Shown in pieces: positions 9,207 to 23,309 of a DNA stretch of 32,000 bases (position 1 is the stretch's first letter; each line of letters starts with the position of its first letter). The DNA is from Candidatus Saccharimonadota bacterium. GTDB taxonomy: Bacteria; Pseudomonadota; Gammaproteobacteria; Burkholderiales; Burkholderiaceae. The DNA lies in assembly GCA_000147015.1 (NCBI GenBank), contig CP002161.1:120001-152000 (forward strand), in the 5' to 3' direction. A program made the position numbers and the translations under genes. Below the pieces are notes generated by a model. It saw only the letters and a program-made list of their open reading frames with translations. It had not been told where the DNA came from and made no database searches.

Positions 9207-10847
9207 TTAATAAATATTTTTTTTTATATAATTAATATTAATACTATTAATATATTTTTTAAAATAATTATATTTTTTTTTTTTTTTTAAAAATAATTGT
9301 AAAATTTTATTTATTACTAATATAATATTTTTTTTAGAAAAAGAAGGTCCTAAAATATTTCCAAATTTAGTAAAAGTACCATAATTACCTCCTAAAGATA
9401 TTTGATAAAATTCTTTATTTTTTTTTTTTAAACCTAAAATTCCAATATTAGCAATATGATGATGAGCACAAGAATTTATACAACCAGAAATATTAATTTT
9501 AATTTTATTAATTTTATTTTGAACGATATTATTATTAAAATTTTTATATATTAATCTATTTAAAAATATTGAACTAGTATTAGCTAAAGAACAAAAATTA
9601 TCACCAGGACAACAAATATTATCTGTTAATAAATTATTATTTAAACTAAATAATTTAAAAATATTTATTTTTTTTCAAATATTATATAAATTTTTTATTT
9701 TTACATAAGTAAATAATAAATTTTGTTCATGAGTTACTCTTATTTCAGATTTATTATATTTTTTTGATAAAATATATAATAAAAAAAGTTGTTTTGAAGT
9801 AATATTTCCTGTAGGTAAATTATAAGATTTTAATGGCAAATTTACTATACAATAATTTTTATTTTTATGTTTATAAATAACATTTTTATTTATTCATAAA
9901 TTAAATAAATTATTTTTTTTATTTTTATGAATAATATTATTTATTTTTATATTAATTTTTGTTTTTTTATTAAAATATTTAAAAATTTTTTTATATTCTT
10001 TATTTATTATTATTAATTTTTTATTTATATTTTTTTTTCATTCTTTTTTTATTAAATTAGAAAATTTTTTTATTCCAATATTTTTAACCAATATTTTTAT
10101 TCTAGATTTATATATATTATTTCTTATTGAATAATTATTATATATTCTTAATATAATATCTAAATAAGATAATATATATTTATAAGGTAAAAAGTTACAT
10201 ATTAATTTTGCTAAAATAGGAATTCTACCTAAACCTCCTCCTACAAATATTCTAAATCCTAATTTAGAATTTTTTTTTATTATTTTCAAACCTATATCAT
10301 GTATTAAAATAACCGCTTTATCATTTTTATTATTAGAAATTGCTATTTTAAATTTACGTGGCAAATTTGAAAATTCAGGATGAAAAGTACTTCATTGTCT
10401 TATAATTTCAGCAAAAATTCTACAATCAACAATTTCATTTTTACGTATTCCTGAATATTCATCTGAAGTAATATTTCTTATACAATTACCTGATGTTTGT
10501 ATACAATGCATATTACAAGAAGATAAGTATTTTAATATCTTTATAGTTTTATTTAATTTTATTCAATTAAATTGAATATTTTGTCTTGTAGTAAAATGAC
10601 CATAACCTTTATCATATTTTTTAGAAATTTTATATAAAATTTTTATTTGTTTAGAAGATAATAAACCATATGGTATAGCTATTCTTATCATGTATAAATT
10701 TTTTTGTTTATAAATTCCATTTTTTAATCTTATACTTCTAAAAATATTTTTATCTATTTCTTTTTCTTTATATCTTTTATATTGATCTATATATTGAAAT
10801 ATTCTTTCTTGTATTAATAATCTATCATATTTATCATATATATACAT
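9207..10847 (-). CDS. cysI: sulfite reductase hemoprotein (siroheme/4Fe-4S; NirA/CysI family)
   Basis: The track fragments 10563-10847 and 10038-10364 share one frame. I checked 9207-10040 codon by codon (only TGA interruptions), down to the TAA at 9207-9209, giving 546 aa. The Fe-S/siroheme cysteine motifs TDNICCPGDNFCSLA and ISGCINSCAHHHIANIG are present. Confidence 0.85.
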
Positions 10848-10849
10848 AA

Positions 10850-11887
10850 TTATTTAAATATTTTTTCTAAATTACCATTTAAAATAGAATTTAAATTATA
10901 TACTGTTAAATTTATTTTATGATTTGTAACTCTATTTTGAGGAAAATTATAAGTTCTAATTTTTTCAGATCTTTTACCTGTGCCTATTAAACTTTTTCTA
11001 AATTTATCTTCTTTATTTTTAATTGAATTTTTATTTATTTTTAATATTTTATATTTTAAAATTTTTAAAGCGTTTTTCTTATTTATATGTTGACTTCTAT
11101 TACTTTGACATTCTACAGTAATTTTAGTAGGTATATGAAAAATTCTTACAGCAGAATCTGTTTTATTTACATGTTGACCTCCGGCGCCAGAAGCTTTAAA
11201 AGTATGTATTTTTAAATCTTTATTATTAATTAAAATTTTTTTATTATTTTTAATTTTATTAATAACAGCAATGGTACAAGTAGAAGTATGAACTTTGTCA
11301 TGAGATTCTGTTATAGGTATTCTTTGAACTCTATGATTTCCAGATTCATTTTTTAATAAAGAATAAGAATTTAAACCATATATTTGAATAATTATTTCTT
11401 TATATCCATTATTATTTGATTTAATAAAAGATAAAATTTTTATTTTTCAATTATTTTTTTGAGAAAAATTAAAATACATTTTATAAAGATCTTTTACAAA
11501 TAATGCTGCTTCTTCTCCACCACTAGCAGCTCTTATTTCTAATAATATTTTATTATTAATATTTTTATTAATTATAATATTTTTTTCTATTTTTTTATTT
11601 AAAAAAAATATCTTATCTTTACATTTTTTTATTTCATCTAAAGCTATATTTTTAAATTCTTTATCATTTATAAATTTTTTATTTTCTTTTATCTTATTAA
11701 TTTCTTTTTTATATAAATTATAATATTTAATTATAGGTCTTATTTTAAAAATATTTTTACAAATTTTTTTATATTTTTTTAAATTATTAAAAATATTTTT
11801 ATCTTGTATTTTTTTTAATAAATAATTATATTTTTTAATATTTTTTTTAATTTTTTTAATAAGGTATTTTTTAATAAATTTTTTCAT
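10850..11887 (-). CDS. prfA: peptide chain release factor 1
   Basis: The track ORF 11447-11887 (…LEIRAASGGEEAALFVKDLYKMY…) continues through a TGA. The extension contains GNHRVQRIPITES (the RF1 PxT tripeptide), SGAGGQHVNKTDSAVRI (GGQ) and ...LEKIFK*, with TAA at 10850-10852 (345 aa). Confidence 0.9.
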
Positions 11888-11901
11888 ATTAATTAAATTT
11901 T

Positions 11902-11974
11902 TGCTGGCTACAGGACTTGAACCCGTTACCTCCTGATTACAAGTCAGGAGCTCTACCAGATGAGCTAAACCAGC
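11902..11974 (-). tRNA. tRNA-Thr (anticodon UGU)
   Basis: The reverse complement folds as a 73-nt cloverleaf: GCTGGTT TA GCTC ATCTGGTA GAGC T CCTGA CTTGTAA TCAGG AGGTA ACGGG TTCAAGT CCTGT AGCCAGC A. All four stems pair. CCA is not encoded. Confidence 0.9.
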
Positions 11975-11984
11975 TATAATTTTA

Positions 11985-13085
11985 ATGAAAATATTAAAAA
12001 TTAGAAAAAAAAAAATTTTTTTTTTAATAAAAAAAATAGTTAGAATAATTAAAAAAAAAATAAATTTTAAAATATTATTAAATTTATTTATAAAAAAAAT
12101 TAAAAAAAAAATATTATTTATAACTTCTAATAATGAAATACAATTAGAATTTAAAATAAATATAAAAAAAAATTATGATAATATAAAATTTTTAATAGAT
12201 TCAGAAAAATTTATAAAAATTATTTCTTATTTAAAAAATAGTAATTATATATATATTTATATAATAAAAAATATAATTATTTTAAAGTCAAAAAAATACA
12301 ATACAATTTTAAAATCCCAAAAATTTAAAAATTTTCCTATTTTTAATAAAATTATAAAAAAAAAAATTTGTTTTAAAGTTAAAGAATATAAAATTAAAAA
12401 AATATTTAAAATATTATATAATTCAATAAGTAACATAAATGCAAAATATTCATTAAATGGTTTATTAATAAATATAGAAAAAAAAAAAATTTCATTTTTA
12501 AGTACAGATGGATTTAGATTATCATATTATTTTTTAAATATAAAAAATAATTATAAAACAAAAATTATAATTCCAAAAAAAAATATATTTGAAATAATAA
12601 AAATATTAAATTATGAAAAAAAAAAAATTAAAATAATTATTTTAAAAAATTATATAATATTTAAAATTTTTAAAATAAAATTTATTTCAAGATTAATAAA
12701 AGAAGATTTTATAAATTATAAATATATTATAAATAAAAAATATAGATATAAAATTAAAATAAATAGAAAAAAAATCTTAAATATTATTAAAAAAATTTCT
12801 TTAATAGAAAAAGATAAAATTAAAATAATAAAATTTAATATAAAAAGAAATAATTTAAAAATTAGTTCTTTTAATAAAATAGAAGAAATTTCTAACGAAA
12901 AAATAAATATAAATTATAAAAATAAAAATATAAATATTAATTTAAATATTAAATATTTATTAGAAATATTAACAAATATAAAAAATAAACATATTATTTT
13001 TAAATTTAATAAAAAAAAATCAATTTTAATTAAAATTTATAATAAAAAAAATTTTAAATATATAATAATGCCAATAGAAATTTAA
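11985..13085 (+). CDS. dnaN: DNA polymerase III beta sliding clamp
   Basis: 366-aa ORF immediately upstream of gyrB. Remnant clamp motifs are present (LSTDGFRLSYY resembling ATDGHRLA; C-terminal IIMPIEI resembling IMPMRL). The sequence is strongly degraded by Lys/Ile/Asn bias. Confidence 0.8.
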   Translation: MKILKIRKKKIFFLIKKIVRIIKKKINFKILLNLFIKKIKKKILFITSNNEIQLEFKINIKKNYDNIKFLIDSEKFIKIISYLKNSNYIYIYIIKNIIILKSKKYNTILKSQKFKNFPIFNKIIKKKICFKVKEYKIKKIFKILYNSISNINAKYSLNGLLINIEKKKISFLSTDGFRLSYYFLNIKNNYKTKIIIPKKNIFEIIKILNYEKKKIKIIILKNYIIFKIFKIKFISRLIKEDFINYKYIINKKYRYKIKINRKKILNIIKKISLIEKDKIKIIKFNIKRNNLKISSFNKIEEISNEKININYKNKNININLNIKYLLEILTNIKNKHIIFKFNKKKSILIKIYNKKNFKYIIMPIEI

Positions 13086-13086
13086 T

Positions 13087-15540
<2,454 letters not shown>

Positions 15541-16611
15541 ATGAATTTTATTTATAATAAAATAATAAAAAAAATAAAACCTTATATTCCTGGAAAACAA
15601 AAAAATAATTTTATAAAATTAAATACTAATGAAAATCCATTTTCTCCTTCTCCTAAAATATTAAATTCTATATTAATAAAATTAAATAATAATATAAGTT
15701 TATATCCAGATTACAATCTTAAAAAATTAAAATATATAATTTCAAAAAAATATTTTATAAAAAAAAATCAAATATTTATTGGTAATGGATCAGATGAAGT
15801 TTTAGCACATATTTTTTTTTCTATTTTAAAAAATAATTTTTATACAATTTTTCCTGATATAACTTATAATTTTTATTTAACTTATACTAAATTATATAAT
15901 ATAAAATACAAAATATTACCTTTAAAAAAAAATTTTAATATAGATATAAATAATTATATTAAAAATAAAAATTCTATAAATAATATTATATTAACAAATC
16001 CTAATGCTCCAACAGGAATTTTATTATCTTTAGATAAAATAGAATATATAATAAAAAATAATATTAATTCTATTATTATAATAGATGAAGCTTATATAGA
16101 TTTTGGAGGAGAAAGTTCTATTTTTTTAATAAATAAATATTCAAATTTAATAATAGTAAAAACTTTTTCTAAATCAAGATTATTAGCAGGTTTAAGAATT
16201 GGATATGTAATTGCAAATAAAAAAATTATTAAAATATTAGAAAATATAAAAAATAGTTTTAATTCATATCCTGTAAATTATATTTCATTTATTTCTGCAA
16301 TAGAATCAATAAAAGATGAAAAATATTTTAATATTATCAGAAATAAAATAATTAAAAATAAATTATTCTTAATAAAAAAATTAAAAAAAATGAATTTTAA
16401 AATTTTAAAATCAAATTCTAATTTTATATTTGTAAAACATATTAAATATAAAGCTTTTTTTTTAAATAAAATTTTAAAAAAAAAAAATATTTTAGTAAGA
16501 CATTTTTCTTATTATAAAATTAATAATTTTTTAAGAATTTCAATAGGAAAAAAAAAAGATTGTAAATATTTAATAAATACTTTAAATAAATTAATTTTAA
16601 AATATGATTAA
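15541..16611 (+). CDS. hisC: histidinol-phosphate aminotransferase
   Basis: 356-aa ORF with [26 protein letters not shown] and the PLP-lysine context [15 protein letters not shown]. Confidence 0.9.
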   Translation: MNFIYNKIIKKIKPYIPGKQKNNFIKLNTNENPFSPSPKILNSILIKLNNNISLYPDYNLKKLKYIISKKYFIKKNQIFIGNGSDEVLAHIFFSILKNNFYTIFPDITYNFYLTYTKLYNIKYKILPLKKNFNIDINNYIKNKNSINNIILTNPNAPTGILLSLDKIEYIIKNNINSIIIIDEAYIDFGGESSIFLINKYSNLIIVKTFSKSRLLAGLRIGYVIANKKIIKILENIKNSFNSYPVNYISFISAIESIKDEKYFNIIRNKIIKNKLFLIKKLKKMNFKILKSNSNFIFVKHIKYKAFFLNKILKKKNILVRHFSYYKINNFLRISIGKKKDCKYLINTLNKLILKYD

Positions 16612-19027
16612 TATATATAATCATAAAATAATAGAATTAAAAATTCAAAAAAAAAAATTAAAATTTAAAAAAAAAAAAAATAGAAATAAAAAAAAATATT
16701 ATACTTGTTCTATGATACCATATCCTTCTGGAAAATTACATATAGGTCATTTAAGAAATTATATTATTAATGATATATTATTTAGATATTATAATATGAA
16801 AAAATATAATACATTAATGTTTATGTCTTGAGATTCTTTTGGTTTACCAGCAGAAAATGCTGCTATTAATTATAATATTACTCCATATAAATGAATAAAA
16901 AAAAATATAAAATATATGAAAAAACAAATTTTAAATTTTGATTTATCTATAAATTGAAAAAAAGAATTTTCAACATGCAAAAAAGAATATTATAAATGAA
17001 ATCAATGATTATTTTTATTAATGTTTAAAAAAAAACTAATATATATAAAAAAAAAATATGTAAATTGAGATCCAAAAGATAATACAGTTTTAGCTAATGA
17101 ACAAATAATAAATGGAAGAGGTTGAAGATCTAATATTAAAGTAAAAAAAAAAAAAATTAGAATGTATTATATAAATATATTAAAATATGCTAATGAATTA
17201 TTATTTTACTTAAAAAAATATTTATTAAAATGACCAAATAAAATTAAAATAATGCAAAAAAATTGAATAGGGAAAAATATAGTTTATAATATTATTTTTA
17301 ATATACATAAAAAAAATAATTACAAAAATATATTTAATATAAAAATTAAAAATATATATTTAATAAATTTTATAAATTTTTTTTTAATAAATAAAAATAA
17401 TTATATTTATAAAAATATTTATAAAAATAAAATAAAAAAATATTTTAATAGAAATATTTTTTTTAATAAAATATATTTAAAAAATCCTTTATTTAATAAT
17501 AAAATAGAAATTTTATATATTTTAAATAAATATAATAAAAAAAATAAAAACTTATTTTATATAAATAAAAATAAAAAATTTATAAAAAAAAATTATTTAT
17601 TATTTAAAAATAATATTATTAAAGATAAATTATATTTTTATAGTAAATATAATAATTTAAAAAAAATATTTTTAAAAAATATAATTTTTTATAATTTAAA
17701 AAAAAAAAAATTATGTAATTTAAAAACAAAATTTAAATTACATAATTGGGGTATTTCTAGACAAAGATATTGAGGTACTCCTATACCATTATTAAATTGT
17801 TATAAATGTAAAAATATTTTTTATAAAAAAAAAATATTAATTTTACCAAAAAATTTAATACCCAATGGTTATATAAATCCTCTTAAAAATAATAAAAAAT
17901 TTTTAAAAACTAAATGTTTTAAATGTAAAAATTTTATAAAAAAAGAAACAGATACAATGGATACATTTGTAGATTCTTCTTGATATTTTATAAAATATAT
18001 TTTTATTTCAAATAATTTTTTCTTATTTAATAAATATTTTATGCCTATTAATAAATATATAGGAGGTATAGAACATTCCATATTACATTTATTATATTCA
18101 AGATTTTTTACAAAAGTTATAAGAGATTTAAAATTAATAAATATTAATGAACCATTTTTAAATTTATTAATTCAAGGAATTGTATTAAATAATACTTATT
18201 ATATTTTATCAAATAAAAATAATAAAAAAATATATATTAACTGTAATAAAATTATTATAAAAAATAAAAATATAATAAAAAAAAATATTATAATAGGAAA
18301 AATACAAAAAATGTCAAAATCAAAAAAAAATGGAATAAATCCTCAATATTATATAAATAAGTATGGTATAGATATAATTAAATTATTTATTATTTTTTCT
18401 TCTCCAATAGAAAAAAAATTAATTTGAAAACATAAAAATATAAAGGGATGTAAAAATTTTTTATTTAATTTATGAAATTTTTATAATTTAAATAAAAATA
18501 AATTTAAAATTTATTTTTTTAAAAAAAATAAAAAAAAAATTATATATTATTATAAATTAAATAAATTTTTTAAAAAAATAAATAATAATTATAAAGAAAT
18601 AAATTATAATACTATAGTATCATATTTTATGAAAATATTAAATATTTTTAAAAAAAAAATAAAAAATAATATTAAATTTAATACTATTTTAATAAAAATA
18701 ACTTTAATATTTTTTAAATTATTATATCCTATTATTCCTTATATTATAAGAGAATTATGAAGTAAATTAAATTTTAATAAATTTTATAATAATATAGAAA
18801 ATATTAATTGACCTAATATAAGTAATTTTAAAAACAATAAAATCAAAATAATAGTTCAAGTTAATGGTAAATTTAAATTTATTTTTAAAACAATTAAAAA
18901 TACAAATTTAAATTTAATAAAAAAAAAAATAACTAATAATAAAAAAATAAAATATTATATTAATAATAAAAAAAATATTAAAAAAATAATATTTATAAAA
19001 AATAAAATATTAAATTTTATAATTTAA
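16604..19027 (+). CDS. leuS: leucyl-tRNA synthetase
   Basis: The frame runs from the ATG at 16604 through many TGA (Trp) codons to the TAA at 19025-19027 (807 aa). Motifs present: [15 protein letters not shown] (HIGH), [36 protein letters not shown] (KMSKS). It overlaps the hisC end by 8 nt. Confidence 0.95.
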
Positions 19028-19028
19028 T

Positions 19029-19814
19029 TTGAAAGATAAAATTATATTATATGGAAATAATTATTATTTAAATTTTAAATTATTAAAAAAAATAAAATAT
19101 TTTTTTTTAAAAAAAAATAAAAATATAAAAATAATAACATTTTTTATAAATAAAAAAATAGATTTTATAAAATTTAAAAAAAAAAATATATTTTTTTTAA
19201 TTAAAAATAAAATAATATTAGTAATATATATAAATATTATTTTAAATATAAATAATTTATTAAAATTAAATATAAAATATAAAACTATATTTATTTTAAA
19301 TTATAATATAAATAAAATAAATATAAGTTATTATAAAAATGTAATATTTATTAATAATAATAATTTATTTTTATTTAAAAAAAATTTAAATATTTTTAAA
19401 AAAAAAATAAAAAAATATAAATTTAATAAATATTATATAAATAAATATAATATTTATAATTTGAATTATTTTTTATATTATTATAATTTAGAAAAAATTT
19501 TTAAAATAATAAATTTTTTTTTAAAAAATGATAATATATATTTTATATTTTGAATATTAAAATATAATATAAAATTTTTTATAAAAAGTAAAAAAAAAAA
19601 TATTATAAAAATAAATAATTTATTTAAAAAAATAAATATAAAAAAAATAAACTTTATAATTAAAAAAATAAAAGTTAAAAAATTATTATATATATATAAA
19701 ATAATTATAAATTTAAAAAAAATATATAATAAAAATATTAAAAATAAAAAAATAATAAAAAATATAAAATATATTATTTTAACTATAATTTCAAAAGTCT
19801 TTAAAAACAAATAA
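19029..19814 (+). CDS. hypothetical protein; possibly DNA polymerase III delta subunit (holA-like) by position
   Basis: TTG start one nucleotide after the leuS stop. The frame continues through the TGA at 19551-19553 to the TAA at 19812-19814 (261 aa). The N-terminus KIILYGNNYYL weakly resembles the holA ...LlyGeE.yL... motif. leuS-(lptE)-holA synteny is common in proteobacteria. The assignment is weak. Confidence 0.35.
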
Positions 19815-19827
19815 ATATATAAAAATA

Positions 19828-21447
19828 ATGATAAATAAAAAAAAATATTTATATGAAAATATAAATTATGATATTATTATAATTGGTGCTGGACCTTCTG
19901 GAATATCATGTGCTATAAAATTAAAACAATTAAGTATATTTTTTAATTTAAAATTATCTATTTGTGTAATAGAAAAATCAAAATTTATTTCTTCAAATAT
20001 TATTTCTGGTGCAATTTTTAATACTAAATATTTAAAAGAACTTTTACCTAATTGAAAATTTAAAAATTTATTATTTAAAAATAAAGTAAAATTAGATTTA
20101 ATATATTATTTAACAAGATTAAATTATTATAAAATACCTAATATAATTATTCCTAAAAATTTAAAAAATAAAAATAAATATATTATTTCATTATCAAAAT
20201 TTATTATTTGACTTTCTAAAGAAGCAAAAAAATTAAATATTGAAATATTTGAAAGTATAGCTGCAAAAAAAATAGTTTATAAAAATAATAAAGTTATTTA
20301 TATAAAAACAAATGAATTTAATATTAATAAATATAAAATACCAAATAAAAATTTTTTTTGTGGTATAAAAATATACTTTAATAATTTAATATTAGCAGAA
20401 GGTGCTAAAGGATTTTTAACTGAAAAAATAATATTAAAATATAATTTAAATAAAAATAAAAATTCACAAAATTATTCTTTAGGAATAAAAGAATTATGAA
20501 AAATAAAAAATAAAAATTATAATAAAGGATTAATTTTACATACTTTTGGTTGACCTTTAAATAAAAAAATTTATAGTGGTGGTTTTTTATATAATATGGA
20601 AAATAATATTATTTCTGTTGGTTATATAATAAGTTTATCTTATAAAAATCCATATATTTCACCATATGATGAATTTCAAAAATTTAAACTACATCCATTA
20701 ATAAATAAATTTTTAGAAAATGGAAAATGTATTTCATACGGAGCTAGAGTTATAAATTTAGGAGATTTAAATTCTATTCCTAAATTAAATTTTAATAATA
20801 TAATAATTATAGGATGTTCAGCAGGTTTTTTAAATTCTTCTAGTTTAAAAGGTATACATACATCAATAAAAAGCGGAATTATAGCAGCTGAATATATAAT
20901 ATATAAAAAAATAAATAAAAAAAAAAAAATAAATAATATTTTTAAAAAAACATGATTATATAAAGAATTATATAATGCTAAAAATCATAAAATATTTATG
21001 ATAAAAGGTTTTTATTTAGGAATATTATTATTAATTATAAATAAAATTTTTTATAATAAAAAAAATAATTTAAAATATAAAAAATATGATTATAAAATGA
21101 TAAATTTATCAAATTTTGAAAATAAAATAAAATATAAAAAATATAATAATATTAATACTTTCAGTAAAAGTAGTTCATTAATTTTTTCAAATTTAAAATA
21201 TAACGATAATCAACCTTCTCATTTAAAATTTAAAAATAAAAAATATTTAAATATTAATTATAATTTATATAATAAAATAGAAGAAAGATATTGTCCAGCA
21301 AATGTATATGAATATATTAATAAAAATTTACAAATAAATTTTCAAAATTGTTTACATTGTAAAACTTGTAGTATAAAAGATCCAAAACAAAATATAAAAT
21401 GAACACCATGTGAAGGAGGAAATGGACCTAATTATTTAAATATGTAA
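19828..21447 (+). CDS. electron-transfer flavoprotein:ubiquinone oxidoreductase (ETF-QO)
   Basis: Fragments 19828-20055, 20596-20955 and 20998-21402 are in one frame joined through TGA codons (539 aa). Motifs present: the FAD fold YDIIIIGAGPSGISCA, and the C-terminal 4Fe-4S motif YCPANVYEY...NCLHCKTCSIKDP...W.PCEGGNGPNY. Confidence 0.9.
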
Positions 21448-21466
21448 ATATTTTAAAATTTAAAAT

Positions 21467-21539
21467 ACAGTTGTAACTCAGAGGATAGAGTATTTGATTG
21501 CGAATCAAAAAGTCATAGGTTCAATTCCTATCAACTGTA
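21467..21539 (+). tRNA. tRNA-Arg (anticodon GCG)
   Basis: 73-nt cloverleaf: ACAGTTG TA ACTC AGAGGATA GAGT A TTTGA TTGCGAA TCAAA AAGTC ATAGG TTCAATT CCTAT CAACTGT A. All stems are Watson-Crick paired. Anticodon positions 34-36 are GCG (21500-21502). Confidence 0.85.
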
Positions 21540-21546
21540 ATAATAA

Positions 21547-23118
21547 ATGAAATTAAAAAAAAGTTTTTTAGATAAAATAATATTAAAAGATATTAAAAAT
21601 AAAAAATATAATTATAGAAAAGATGAAAATTATAAAATATTACCAAATATAATTACAAGATTTTCTCCAGAACCTAATGGAGATTTACATATAGGTCATA
21701 TAAAAACTTTTTTAATTAATTTAAATATATCCAAAAAATATAATGGAATATTTTATTTAAGATTTGATGATACAAATCCTAATAAAGAAAAAAAAAAATA
21801 TGTTATATCAATAATAAAATCTTTAAAATGATTAGGATATACTTTTAAAAATAAATTTATAAAATTTGCTAGTAATTATTATGATAAATTTTTTTATTGT
21901 GCACAAATATTAATAATTTATAATTATGTTTTTATAAAAAAAGAAAAAAATAATAAAAAAAATATTAATAACAAAAAAAAATGTTTATATTTATTAGAAA
22001 AAATGAGAGAAGGAAAATATAAAGAAAAATTATTTTCAGTTAGATTAAATTTAAAAAAAAAAAATAATTTAATAATTAAAAAAAATCCAATAATATATAG
22101 AATAATAAATAAAAAACATTTCAATATAAATAATATTTGAAACATATATCCTACTTATATTTTTGCACATCCTTTAGAAGACTCTATAGAATATATAACT
22201 CATTCTTTTTGTACTTTAGAATTTATAAATTATAATTTTTATTATAATTGAATATTAAAAAAATTAAAAAAAATAGGTATATTTAAATTCAATTTATCTA
22301 AACAATATGAATTTTCTAAATTAAATATAACATATATATTAAATAGTAAAAGAAAAATAAAATATTTGATAAATAAAAAATATTTAAATAATTGAAAAGA
22401 TGAAAGAATATTTACAATATCTTCTTTAAAAAAAAGGGGTTATAATAAAAATATATTAAAAAAAATATTTTTATGTAATAATTTTACAAAAAACTATAGT
22501 AATTTTAATTTATCATTTTTTGAAAATATTACAAGAAAAAAAATAGATAAAATATCTAATAGAATAATGTGTATTTCAAATCCTATAATTATAATAATAA
22601 ATAATTTTCCTAATAATAAATTTATTGAATGTAAAGCAAGATTATATTCAAAAAATAATTTTTATTATAACAAAATATATAGATATTTTCCATTTACAAA
22701 AAAAATAATAATAGAAAAAAATAATTTAATAAAAAATAAATATTTAAAACTTAAATATTTATTTTTTATTAAATGTATTAATAAAAAAAAATTTAAATAT
22801 TATTTATTTAAAGAAAAAAATAAAAAAAATATAAAAATAAATTGAATTTCTAAAAATAATATAATATTTTCAAAAATATTATTGTATAAACCAATTTTAA
22901 AATTTCCTTTTCCTAATATGATAAAAAATATAAAAAATATTATAAATATAAATACAAAAATAATAAAATTTTTTTTTATAGAATGTAATTTATTTTATTT
23001 AAATAAAATTTACCAATTTGAAAATTATGGATATTTTTTTTTAAAAAAAATAAATATAAATTATTTTAATTTATATTTTAATTTAACAATATTTTTAAAA
23101 AATAAATATAAAAAATAA
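21547..23118 (+). CDS. glnS: glutaminyl-tRNA synthetase
   Basis: One frame joined through TGA codons (523 aa). Motifs present: [17 protein letters not shown] (HIGH), [37 protein letters not shown]. Confidence 0.9.
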
Positions 23119-23120
23119 TT

Positions 23121-23309
23121 ATGAATTTTTTTTATTTAAAAGAAATAAAAAATATAATATATAATGAATATAAATTAATAATAATAATTTCTTTATTATT
23201 AGATATAGAAAAAATAAAAAAAAATAAAGAGATAAAAAATAATTTAAATAATATAATATATTTTATTAAAAAAATTATTAAAAAAAAAAAAAAATATTTA
23301 TTAAAATAA
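23121..23309 (+). CDS. hypothetical small protein (62 aa)
   Basis: ATG ORF starting 2 nt after the glnS stop. It is stop-free for 62 codons in roughly 90% A+T sequence. I recognise no motif. It contains an A15 tract (23280-23294). Its last 9 nt overlap the convergent tilS end. Confidence 0.3.
   Translation: MNFFYLKEIKNIIYNEYKLIIIISLLLDIEKIKKNKEIKNNLNNIIYFIKKIIKKKKKYLLK

Noticed and set aside
17869-18081. 70-aa minus-strand ORF in the track
   Set aside because: It is antisense to leuS coding sequence and has no recognisable motif.
19481-19810. 109-aa minus-strand ORF in the track
   Set aside because: It is the mirror frame of the plus-strand holA-like ORF, which is continuous from leuS under table 4. 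Its product is pure Phe/Ile/Leu low complexity.
21924-22145. 73-aa minus-strand ORF in the track
   Set aside because: It is antisense to glnS, inside the conserved catalytic domain.
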